A DNA stretch of 64,000 nt from a virus. The stretch lies in the IMG/VR virus record IMGVR_UViG_3300045988_173694; one strand, given 5' to 3'. Numbering within the stretch: position 1 is the stretch's first letter; every line of letters begins with the position of its first letter. Both the position numbers and the translations under genes were made by a program. The notes beneath the pieces are model-generated. The model was not told the origin of the DNA. It saw nothing but the letters and a program-made list of their open reading frames with translations, and did no database searches. Shown piece by piece: positions 9,166 through 17,267 of the stretch.

Positions 9166-9531
9166 TTATTGATTATTAGCTTTTGCCTCCAAAGCTATAA
9201 CAGGCGTTCCGTCTGTCTTATATAGCATTCTTACTCGTACCCATACATACCGCCCCTTCAGCCAGAAGGCTTCGTGTTCGTCCTGCCACTCTCCCGTATA
9301 TCCTCGGTTTTCCAAGGTATCGCGGGTCTTGTCGGTGATATTGTCTAGGTCGTAGGCTAACACGCCCATCGCCTTCAATTCGATGGCAACCGCAATTTTT
9401 ACCTCCTGCGGTGTTCGTGGATAGTCTTGATCTGAACAATCATGCACACCCATTAACTTGTCTATATTGATAATAGATGTAAGCAAGGATTGGATTTCTA
9501 CAAAATTCAAATTAAAGGAAATTGTTTTCAT
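9166..9531 (-). CDS. Hypothetical protein
   Basis: 121-aa ORF preceded by the L1 leader. Confidence 0.6.
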   Translation of the reverse strand: MKTISFNLNFVEIQSLLTSIINIDKLMGVHDCSDQDYPRTPQEVKIAVAIELKAMGVLAYDLDNITDKTRDTLENRGYTGEWQDEHEAFWLKGRYVWVRVRMLYKTDGTPVIALEAKANNQ

Positions 9532-9572
9532 ATTGCTTGCGCTTAACCGTGATGCGCCTAGGGCTGAATGTG
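9532..9572 (-). promoter_or_regulatory. L1 conserved 5' leader hairpin
   Basis: CACATTCAGCCCTAGGCGCATCACGGTTAAGCGCAAGCAAT followed by ATG. Confidence 0.7.
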
Positions 9573-9573
9573 A

Positions 9574-9975
9574 TTACTTATTCTCTTTATAGATATTCTC
9601 CTGGTCCTCGATAGCCTTCTCCAGCGTCCAACCTACCTTGGGATAGATACCCGCGCCCAGACCAGTGTTGAAGTTAACGTAATAATTTTCGCCATCCTCG
9701 CGAACTGTAATCTTGGTACCATTATGGTCAATATCCTGTCCTTCGTTCTCGAACAACTCCCAGCCGGTAGAAACAAGAGAAAGAATGTGTTCGCCATCGG
9801 TGGCGAAATCCTCATCATCATAACTGATGCTTTCAGAATCACCAGTATATACCCATCCGTTCTCCTTGCAGATGCCACGAACCAACTCGCAGCAATCATC
9901 CTCCGGATTCTCCTCCTGGTAGGCTGTCAAAAATACCTTGAGATCATCTAATGTTTTAATGTCTTCTTTCTTCAT
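9574..9975 (-). CDS. Acidic hypothetical protein
   Basis: Track ORF 9574..10086 shortened to MKKEDIKTL. That ATG is directly preceded by an L1 leader, and the longer form would overlap the promoter at 10056-10087. Confidence 0.6.
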   Translation of the reverse strand: MKKEDIKTLDDLKVFLTAYQEENPEDDCCELVRGICKENGWVYTGDSESISYDDEDFATDGEHILSLVSTGWELFENEGQDIDHNGTKITVREDGENYYVNFNTGLGAGIYPKVGWTLEKAIEDQENIYKENK

Positions 9976-10012
9976 ACGTTCGTCGCTTAACCGTGATGCG
10001 CTAGGGCTAAAA
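9976..10012 (-). promoter_or_regulatory. L1 conserved 5' leader hairpin
   Basis: CATTTTAGCCCTAGCGCATCACGGTTAAGCGACGAACGT followed by ATG. Confidence 0.7.
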
Positions 10013-10055
10013 TGATTATTATTGTTTTTATTTATCTTCTTGTTTTTATCTGATG

Positions 10056-10087
10056 CAAAGGTACGGATAATTTTTGAAACTACCAAA
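10056..10087 (-). promoter_or_regulatory. Bacteroidota-type promoter for the 9975-to-6680 gene array
   Basis: Minus-strand TTTG-N20-TACCTTTG (plus strand CAAAGGTA at 10056-10063, CAAA at 10084-10087). Confidence 0.6.
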
Positions 10088-10340
10088 TAAAATGCACTTT
10101 AATTATGCTTTTAGGTGCATTTTTAACGTTTGTTTTATTTGCAAAGTAAATTCTCAACACCTTTTTATCTTCTTTTCTTCTCTTGCCGCCCACCAGGGAT
10201 TCGGACCCTGAAGGATGAAGCATATCATCCTCGGTCAACCATAGGCGAAATTGCTGCTGCTATCCTCACAGACCGCAGACAGCGTGTAAACTAAAACAAA
10301 TGCGGACGCTTCCGCGAAACAATTAAAATCTTAAAGTTAT

Positions 10341-10402
10341 GTTTAAAATAACGCACCCCGTGGTGGTGTCGCTCCACGCTTTGCCGGTCTGCCGGACGGG
10401 GT
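10341..10402 (-). terminator. Intrinsic terminator ending the 16.6-to-10.4 kb array
   Basis: Long-range stem ACCCCGT/ACGGGGT with inner hairpins, followed on the minus strand by TTATTTT. Confidence 0.55.
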
Positions 10403-10410
10403 AGGGATTT

Positions 10411-10971
10411 CTATGCTACATCAGCAGGGAAATAGTGTTTGTTGTAATACTCCTTGTATTCCTCCTCGGTCATACTATTCAAGGCAAGAAAACTCTTCCA
10501 GTTACCTTCCCGAACGTATTCCTCTTTCGTCTCCTCAAAGGTATGAGGAGCGATGTAACCGGCAGGATAAAAAGCCTCATGCCGCAATTCGATTGCATCG
10601 CCAATCAAACACCCTGATAGGTTCAGGTTCTCTTCGTCCGGAGTGTTCTCGCTCTCCTCCAAAAGCTTGTCGTAGTTCTCAATACTATGCTTAATAATCG
10701 TGCGGATGTCCTTTGCCCAAGAGCAGGTATCGTCCGACTTGATATTGCATTCCTGCAGTACCATATTCACCAGCTCGTCGATGCTCGCGCGGCTCATGAT
10801 ATATGCGTTGTGATAGAAATCGAAAGGGATAACGTGATCCAGCTTCCATCCCTTCTCCTCGTTAACAGATGGTCTGCCGTATGCCTTGCGGCTCTCTTCT
10901 GTCACCTGCACTTCGTTCTCTACATTCTCTATAACGTTCATACCGTTCTTATTATTATTCTTTGCTTCCAT
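10411..10971 (-). CDS. Acidic hypothetical protein
   Basis: 186-aa ORF preceded by an L2-like block. Confidence 0.6.
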   Translation of the reverse strand: MEAKNNNKNGMNVIENVENEVQVTEESRKAYGRPSVNEEKGWKLDHVIPFDFYHNAYIMSRASIDELVNMVLQECNIKSDDTCSWAKDIRTIIKHSIENYDKLLEESENTPDEENLNLSGCLIGDAIELRHEAFYPAGYIAPHTFEETKEEYVREGNWKSFLALNSMTEEEYKEYYNKHYFPADVA

Positions 10972-11037
10972 AATTTCTAATTTTTTAATGTTGTTATAAA
11001 ATTTGTGATTGATATATTGCCCTATAATAGGTGAGAT

Positions 11038-11361
11038 TTAGAAATCTCCCTCCATATAAACTTCGCCTTCCTGGGAGTAATCTCGATATAATTTCTTTGT
11101 GATAGTCATTCCAGATGTTTCTATCTTCACAGGGATGATTAATCGGGAATCAATATCGCAATCATCGCAGAACACCCACAGGCCGGAATCTTTTTCCTTT
11201 TCGTACACCAGTATTCCCGCCGTTTTTCTGAAGGCTCTGGCTGCCGTGGCCATGCCGCACCTGGTTGTTACCATTTGTTCCTCAGTTGACCACCAGCCTA
11301 CAGCCACCGGCTTCACTACTTTGTTGCCGATAGTCAATATATAAGTATATTCTTTTCTCAT
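11038..11361 (-). CDS. Hypothetical protein
   Basis: 107-aa ORF in the array. Confidence 0.55.
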   Translation of the reverse strand: MRKEYTYILTIGNKVVKPVAVGWWSTEEQMVTTRCGMATAARAFRKTAGILVYEKEKDSGLWVFCDDCDIDSRLIIPVKIETSGMTITKKLYRDYSQEGEVYMEGDF

Positions 11362-11366
11362 GATTT

Positions 11367-11723
11367 CTAATTTTTCAGACGTTCTATGATATTGCTATAA
11401 TACCAAACCACTGCCTGCGCCATTGCATCCTTCAATGCCTCCAGATACTTATCAATAGCCGCTGGCGTATCAGTATTGATATGCTTATCAGGATATTTTC
11501 CGTTCTGATCTCCGCTGCAAAGGTGGATGATGCAGAAGGAGCGGTCCTTATCGTGTGTGGCTACCATACCACGGCGCTTGCAAAGCGCCACCACCTTGTC
11601 GAAATATTGTGGCTCGAAGGTGATAACCTGGAGCACGCTCCAGGGATATTCTTGGGCAGTCAGCAGGATTTTACCCTGCTGCTGCGATATAGCGAAATTA
11701 TATATAACTGATGATTTCTTCAT
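11367..11723 (-). CDS. Hypothetical protein
   Basis: 118-aa ORF. An L2 box is embedded in its 3' end. Confidence 0.55.
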   Translation of the reverse strand: MKKSSVIYNFAISQQQGKILLTAQEYPWSVLQVITFEPQYFDKVVALCKRRGMVATHDKDRSFCIIHLCSGDQNGKYPDKHINTDTPAAIDKYLEALKDAMAQAVVWYYSNIIERLKN

Positions 11724-11785
11724 TTTCTACATGTTCTATAATGAGTGATTTCTAATTTTTCCGATGGGCAATAATAGGGCAGCGG

Positions 11786-12430
11786 TTAGGCTGCCTTGCC
11801 CTTGTCTATATCGTCGATAAAGTTTAATGTGCTCACCTGGTCACTAACCTTATAATAGGCGTAAATCTCAGGGCGCTCATCGGTATATCCTTCTGCCTCT
11901 AATTCTGCCTTCACGATATAATAGAGCATGTAGGCCAGATAGTTTGCCTGGTGATAAGCATTCGTATTGAATAGTACCCAGCCTCCCCAGTCGTCGATGT
12001 CGTTACTAAGGAGGGAGATAAAACCACTTGAGCTGGTGTGATTCTCCTTGATCCAGCCGGCTATCTTATCACGGTGATTTATCACCTTCTCTATAATTGC
12101 TTTCTTTGCCTGATGAGTAAGACTGATACGAACTTCGCAAGCATCATTCACGTAATTATAGAAACGTGGCTGCCATACCTGGAGAAATTCAAGTTTAATA
12201 TCCTCGTGGATATATTCTTGCATCCATTCTTCCCAAACGTCGGTGTACTTCTCGCAAACCGCCTTCTGATACCCCTTGTAATCGACGGTGAAATCCTTAT
12301 CCTCCTCCGCGCCTTCCTCAACGCTATAATTATAAACATCATCGTCCGGGCTCCAGATGGAGCAATAAAAGCCTTCAAAGCTGGCTAAACGTGCTTTGCA
12401 CACTGTTGTAAATTTCTTTTTCTTTTCCAT
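11786..12430 (-). CDS. Acidic hypothetical protein
   Basis: 214-aa ORF with an L2 block upstream and a hairpin GGCAGCGGTTAGGCTGCC downstream. Confidence 0.6.
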   Translation of the reverse strand: MEKKKKFTTVCKARLASFEGFYCSIWSPDDDVYNYSVEEGAEEDKDFTVDYKGYQKAVCEKYTDVWEEWMQEYIHEDIKLEFLQVWQPRFYNYVNDACEVRISLTHQAKKAIIEKVINHRDKIAGWIKENHTSSSGFISLLSNDIDDWGGWVLFNTNAYHQANYLAYMLYYIVKAELEAEGYTDERPEIYAYYKVSDQVSTLNFIDDIDKGKAA

Positions 12431-12483
12431 AACCTTAAAATTTTAAATGTTCTATAATATATTCTTTTTATTCCCAGGGAATC

Positions 12484-13194
12484 CTATTTTTGAGGATTCC
12501 CTGATACGATACGCACGCTATAATAAGGCGTGATAAACGGATATTTCACTTCGTTTATGTAAAACGTTGCCGTTGGTTTACTCATCACCAAAGTGTCCTG
12601 GCAGATAACGACGCCGTTCATACCGTGTGCCATCATGTTCAGGGCGCACATCTTACATGCCAGCGGATCTGAATCCTGGGCAATATATTTATAAGTTCTA
12701 CCAACTGAAGGATCAGGGCTGCTCATCTTTGCGAAATGAGAAAGAAGAAGGCGGCCGCTACCTGCTGCACAATCATTTACCATTTTACCCGAAATAACGG
12801 GGCTAGAAGCCTGTTTTTCTTTCGAGCCTATAATATCACTCACCAGGTCAGACACACTCTTAGGCGTGAAAAATTGCCCTGTCTGAGAAGCTTTGCCGCG
12901 TGTTAGATACATATCCTCATAGAGAATGCCAAAAGCATCGAGCCAGGTGCCCTTCTGGAGTGCCGTGCTAACATCTACCAGCCAGTTAGTAGCCAGCAGC
13001 CCGAAATCAGGCTTTTTGCTGATACGTTCATCGAACCAGTTTTTCAAGCCGTCTGCACCTTTGCCCTTGAATGCCTCCACGCTGAACAAATCAAGAAGGA
13101 AGTCGCAAAAATCACTCAGTGCCATTTCGTGTGGCCGGCCATCCTTCTTTGCCTGGCGGCTCAGAATATCTACATACAATTTGCTGTTTATCAT
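12484..13194 (-). CDS. N6-adenine methyltransferase-like protein lacking motif IV
   Basis: GQFFTP (motif X-like) and VNDCAAGSGRLL (motif I) are present. No NPPF/Y-type motif; the ORF ends about 60 aa after motif I-III. Confidence 0.55.
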   Translation of the reverse strand: MINSKLYVDILSRQAKKDGRPHEMALSDFCDFLLDLFSVEAFKGKGADGLKNWFDERISKKPDFGLLATNWLVDVSTALQKGTWLDAFGILYEDMYLTRGKASQTGQFFTPKSVSDLVSDIIGSKEKQASSPVISGKMVNDCAAGSGRLLLSHFAKMSSPDPSVGRTYKYIAQDSDPLACKMCALNMMAHGMNGVVICQDTLVMSKPTATFYINEVKYPFITPYYSVRIVSGNPQK

Positions 13195-13281
13195 AAATCC
13201 TCAAAAATTTAAACGTTCTATAATAAGTAATATTTCACACGTTCTATAATAGATGCCCTGGATAGCGTCCAGGGCTAGCTG

Positions 13282-14106
13282 CTAACATATCCAGATGTGA
13301 CTAAAAAGTGGGTACTTCTTCAGGTCATGCTCACGTGCCCAAATTCTAATTGTACCGTCTGTTTTTACCAGCTCATGAACTGAAGCCTCGATTTTTCGTA
13401 CCTGGTCCACGTACTTTGCGTAAAGTTTGATACTATCTTTATATTTAGCAATATCCTGGCTTTTATCTAATATATACCCGTCGATCACCCCGATGGCTTC
13501 AGCTGCATTCATACGGTCGCCGGTAAACCATTCCCACTCCTTGCCCTTCTGAGAGTTCCAGGAGCCGTAAACCGTAATACCCGGTGCGTATTCTCCGTAT
13601 GAATTAATAGCGCTTAATTCCATGCAGCCTTCATAAAAGCTGCAATAAAAGCCCGTCGCCTTCTTTGCAGCATCCAGAAAACGCTTATTTACCACCTTAC
13701 TGTCAAAGGTACGACACACGGCTTTTAATGCCTCCATTGCTATTATTTCTTTGTTCGAGCGATCCACAAGCTTATCGACGTGTTCGCGGTATTTTCTTAC
13801 CTCCTCGTTTTTCTTGCGACGTTGCCAGGCCTTCACGGCCTTCTGGTAATCTTTTTCCGTGCCTATAATATAGGCTATCGGCTCATCGCGTTTTACTATA
13901 CCACGGCGCATGTAGTATTCATTTTTCAAAATTCCGTACTCCTTCGCGTTTTCTTCGCTGCTGAAACGTCCTGGCTTTTTGGTTGGAATAGAATCACCGG
14001 TCCACAAGAAAACGTCTCCAGGATCGTCGATTAAATCACACAGGCGGTCTTCAATTTTACCGATTTTTTCTTTCTCTAAATTGTTTAAATCTATCTTAGT
14101 ATTCAT
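13282..14106 (-). CDS. Hypothetical protein
   Basis: 274-aa ORF with L2 boxes upstream. Confidence 0.6.
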   Translation of the reverse strand: MNTKIDLNNLEKEKIGKIEDRLCDLIDDPGDVFLWTGDSIPTKKPGRFSSEENAKEYGILKNEYYMRRGIVKRDEPIAYIIGTEKDYQKAVKAWQRRKKNEEVRKYREHVDKLVDRSNKEIIAMEALKAVCRTFDSKVVNKRFLDAAKKATGFYCSFYEGCMELSAINSYGEYAPGITVYGSWNSQKGKEWEWFTGDRMNAAEAIGVIDGYILDKSQDIAKYKDSIKLYAKYVDQVRKIEASVHELVKTDGTIRIWAREHDLKKYPLFSHIWIC

Positions 14107-14198
14107 AAAGCCTAAAATTTAAAATGTTCTATAATAGAGTAATATTCTTTGCAGCCTATAAAGAAGGCTCCAGGGGTACCCTGGAAGCCTTTACAGGC

Positions 14199-14477
14199 TT
14201 ATTTTCCGTATTTGTCGTAATCGATAAAAATCTGTTTGATAACATCAAACTGAAATGAGAAGTACACCTGATCATAAATACACTCATTATTTGCGAAAAA
14301 GTGTACCTCAAACGTTCTGCCTTCATGCCAGATGTCCCAGTGGCAGTTTGCTAAATCGACAGTGGCAAAGATATTATCATATACGGCACCGTCGCCAAAA
14401 CTAATTGTTTCATTTTCCACGTTCACCTTAAAACCAAGTGCACGTAATATGATAGCTAATTTATTTAATTCTTTCAT
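14199..14477 (-). CDS. Hypothetical protein
   Basis: 92-aa ORF with L2 boxes upstream. Confidence 0.55.
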   Translation of the reverse strand: MKELNKLAIILRALGFKVNVENETISFGDGAVYDNIFATVDLANCHWDIWHEGRTFEVHFFANNECIYDQVYFSFQFDVIKQIFIDYDKYGK

Positions 14478-14572
14478 ATCCTTAAAATTTCAGTTGTTCT
14501 ATAATAAGTGATATTTTACACATTTTATAATAGTGGGTACCCTGAAGCCTCCAGGGGTACCCCGTTTTGCGT

Positions 14573-15241
14573 TTATGCTGCCTTGTTAGGCTTCGTTTCG
14601 TCTACTTCTTGATAGAGTCTTTTTTCGATTCTGCTGTAGCCTGTTTCCCCGTTACTACAGTGGTATGCAACGGCCAACTCTTCTCCACAATAGCAAGAAA
14701 AAACGTACTCTGCTTCATTTCTCAGATCCTCTATAATAGCGTTTAATTTCTTGATAATGTTCTTTGCCTGAAGGTGATCTAAACCGGCGTTCCCGGTCCA
14801 GTTGTCTTCGATAACGTACGACTCATCGAAATCCTCAAACAGATCATATTCAGGGCTTCCGGTCCAGTAATCTCCGGCAGAGTCTATAATAACTTTGCCC
14901 GAAAGATCCATACAAGCGCCTTCGTAATAACCTGAACGCACGAGCGCGTTTATTTTCAGTGAAATATCACAGCCTCCATAATGGATACCTTTTGTTTTGT
15001 ATGCAATTACGCGCGCCTCGCCTTCGTACCCGTCGAAGTATTCCCAGCCCTTATTCTGAAGGCCTGAAACTATTTCATTTTCTTGGCAATCATAATCGAA
15101 TTCCGTTTGTGACTCGTTGAACTCGCCGACAAGTTCCGGGTCCATCTCGTTTGCCTCGATGTCCTCCTGGGTGTAGTACTTATTCATACCCAATACAAAA
15201 TAGCGTGAACAATTCGCATTATAAAAATTACCTGTAGCCAT
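14573..15241 (-). CDS. Acidic hypothetical protein
   Basis: 222-aa D/E-rich ORF with L2 boxes upstream. Confidence 0.6.
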   Translation of the reverse strand: MATGNFYNANCSRYFVLGMNKYYTQEDIEANEMDPELVGEFNESQTEFDYDCQENEIVSGLQNKGWEYFDGYEGEARVIAYKTKGIHYGGCDISLKINALVRSGYYEGACMDLSGKVIIDSAGDYWTGSPEYDLFEDFDESYVIEDNWTGNAGLDHLQAKNIIKKLNAIIEDLRNEAEYVFSCYCGEELAVAYHCSNGETGYSRIEKRLYQEVDETKPNKAA

Positions 15242-15326
15242 AACTCTAAAAATTTAAATGTTCTATAATATGTTTATTTGTTCCGTGATATTTTACACCC
15301 GCTATAATAGCGGTTATTATCACTTA

Positions 15327-15384
15327 TTAGAAGGTGCAGGCGGGAATGATCCACCGTGAAGGCCTGTTTACCTTTGCACCTTGA
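15327..15384. repeat. 57-bp hairpin repeat, copy 1
   Basis: TTAGAAGGTGCAGGCGGGAATGATCCACCGTGAAGGCCTGTTTACCTTTGCACCTTGA. Near-identical to 15692-15748. Stem AAGGTGC/GCACCTT. Confidence 0.85.
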
Positions 15385-15409
15385 TATTAAAAGTTTAGAA
15401 AAAGAATAT

Positions 15410-15664
15410 CTAACAGAAAGATAATACCAGACACACAGCCGCGGCAATTAGATTAATACCTATTAATTGCAGCCCGTTGGCCGTGACTCCTTCGCCGTCC
15501 GCTGCAAAATACGTTTTGGGTGCAAATAACCACACCCAGGCGCTTTTTGCGGCTGCAAAGGTACTTTTATAAAGGCGCACAAATAAAAGCGCAAACACTG
15601 CAAATAAAATGCTTACCAGGTCCGCCGTACTGGTACGGCGTGAAATATTGATACTATTATTCAT
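15410..15664 (-). CDS. Small integral membrane protein
   Basis: 84 aa with two hydrophobic segments (LVSILFAVFALLFV; LIGINLIAAAVCLVLSF). Confidence 0.55.
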   Translation of the reverse strand: MNNSINISRRTSTADLVSILFAVFALLFVRLYKSTFAAAKSAWVWLFAPKTYFAADGEGVTANGLQLIGINLIAAAVCLVLSFC

Positions 15665-15691
15665 AACCTTATATTTTTAAATGTTCTATAA

Positions 15692-15748
15692 TTAGAAGGT
15701 GCCGGCGGGAATGATCCACCGCCAAGGCCTCAAACCTTTGCACCCTGA
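15692..15748. repeat. 57-bp hairpin repeat, copy 2
   Basis: TTAGAAGGTGCCGGCGGGAATGATCCACCGCCAAGGCCTCAAACCTTTGCACCCTGA. Confidence 0.85.
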
Positions 15749-15759
15749 AAATATCATTA

Positions 15760-16197
15760 TTAGATAGCCGCCAACACTGAAACGACCGCGTTAACCGTTT
15801 TAGCCTGGTCCATATTGGTAACAACTGGAGTATATTCCTGTATAAATTTCTTTTGTTCAGTACTCAGCGCCGCGAAGTTAGCTGCAAACGCCGCGCAAAA
15901 AGCCTCTGCTTTTTCATGCTCATCTTGTGCTATTGCCTGAATCTCCAGGCGCAAAGGTTCGCGCAAACTTTTGCGGAATTTTGCAGCCGCGCTTTTTAGC
16001 GCCGTTTCATACTCGAAAGTTTCCCAAGTCCTATTTAAATAAGATACGCGGGTATGCTCGTAATCTTTGCCGCCGCCAACGGCCCAAACATGATGGCAAA
16101 AGCCGTTTTTTGTTTTTGTTGTGTCACAATAAAAACGTATTACTTCAGCGTTAACGGTAAACTCAAAAGTTTTGCTGTTATATCTTTTTGTACTCAT
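15760..16197 (-). CDS. Hypothetical protein
   Basis: 145-aa ORF with an L2 block upstream. Confidence 0.55.
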   Translation of the reverse strand: MSTKRYNSKTFEFTVNAEVIRFYCDTTKTKNGFCHHVWAVGGGKDYEHTRVSYLNRTWETFEYETALKSAAAKFRKSLREPLRLEIQAIAQDEHEKAEAFCAAFAANFAALSTEQKKFIQEYTPVVTNMDQAKTVNAVVSVLAAI

Positions 16198-16272
16198 AAT
16201 TTCTAAACTTTAAAATATTTCTATAATAGGGACCGCCGGAGCGGTCCCCGCTTATTACTTACTATCTATATA

Positions 16273-16641
16273 TTACAATCTGATCTCCTCCAGATTTGCA
16301 AGATCAAAAATTGCAATCTGCTCATTTGCGCGGCCCGCCTCGATAGCCTCGGCGCGATCCTTGAAAATTACTGTAGCATCATAATAATAAAGGCCGCTTT
16401 CTGAATCATACCAACCGCCGAAAGCTAACGTACGGCCGTTTAAATTACCTGAAGCCTTGAGCTCATCGATAACGTTTGCAACCTTTGCCAAACCTTCAGC
16501 GCCGAAACTGTTTTGTGTGCGCTTCAGCGCTACAGCGAAGCCGCTTGTAACGGGCTGCAAGTTGGCAGCGTTAACGGTAAAACCTTCAGGATTAAGTGCT
16601 GCAAATGCAGCGACGCTTGAGATAACTAAATTCTTTTTCAT
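16273..16641 (-). CDS. Hypothetical protein (first gene of the array)
   Basis: 122-aa ORF downstream of the consensus promoter at 16689-16720. Confidence 0.55.
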   Translation of the reverse strand: MKKNLVISSVAAFAALNPEGFTVNAANLQPVTSGFAVALKRTQNSFGAEGLAKVANVIDELKASGNLNGRTLAFGGWYDSESGLYYYDATVIFKDRAEAIEAGRANEQIAIFDLANLEEIRL

Positions 16642-16688
16642 AACTTTAATTTTTTATTTGTTTATACTTTGTTTCTGTTTTACGTTTG

Positions 16689-16720
16689 CAAAGGTAATAC
16701 TTTTATTTGTTCCGTGCAAA
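16689..16720 (-). promoter_or_regulatory. Bacteroidota-type promoter for the 16.6-to-10.4 kb array
   Basis: Minus-strand TTTG-N20-TACCTTTG (plus strand CAAAGGTA 16689-16696, CAAA 16717-16720). Confidence 0.6.
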
Positions 16721-16895
16721 TAATTTCCGCAAAAAGTTTATATTTTCCTTTATTTTTAACCGTTAGTTATAAATAAACACCTTAAATTTACATATATTTG
16801 CAAATAAATTTATTTGTTACGTGTTTTTTTTAGTTTGCGCGGGATAATTTCTTATTATATAGTATACCTTATTATATATAGGGAAAAAATAAAAC

Positions 16896-17267
16896 GGTGC
16901 AGCCTGGTATCTCGTGGGTGCGTTCCTCATCTCGGGGGTGCAGTCTGGTATCTCGTGGGTGTGTTCCTCATCTCGTGGGTGCAGCTTGGTATCTCGTGGG
17001 TGCGTTCCTCATCTCGTGGGTGCAGCCTGGTATCTCGTGGGTGCGTTCCTCATCTCGTGGGTGCAGTCTGGTATCTCGTGGGTGTGTTCCTCATCTAGTG
17101 GGTGCAGTCTGGTATCTCGTGGGTGCGTTCCTCATCTCGTGGGTGCAGCCTGGTATCTCGTGGGTGTGTTCCTCATCTCGTGGGTGCAGCCTGGTATCTC
17201 GTGGGTGTGTTCCTCATCTAGTGGGTGCAGTCTGGTATCTCGTGGGTGCAGCCTGGTATCTCGTGGA
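16896..17267. repeat. Tandem array, 41-bp unit x9 (two ~20.5-bp half-units each)
   Basis: Unit starts at 16896, 16937, 16978, 17019, 17060, 17101, 17142, 17183 and 17224. Half-units are GGTGCAGCCTGGTATCTCGTG and GGTGCGTTCCTCATCTCGTG. Confidence 0.95.

Larger units (their letters stand above)
10972..16229 (-). promoter_or_regulatory. Set of L2 pre-start blocks (TATTATAGAACATTTAAATTTT-N-ATG), one or two per gene
   Basis: Copies on the plus strand at 10972-11001, 11362-11392, 11724-11744, 12431-12461, 13195-13253 (two boxes), 14107-14137, 14478-14533 (two), 15242-15310 (two), 15665-15692 and 16198-16229. Related copies at 5961-5992 and 6616-6648. Confidence 0.7.

Noticed and set aside
9976-10086. 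N-terminal extension of ORF 9574..10086
   Set aside because: The extension covers the L1 leader and the consensus promoter. The internal ATG at 9975 has the same context as the five neighbouring genes.
16896-17267. Possible CRISPR array
   Set aside because: The repeats are contiguous with no unique spacers, and no cas genes are present. The HAP, SL and THE elements are dispersed at irregular multi-kb intervals and are not arrays.
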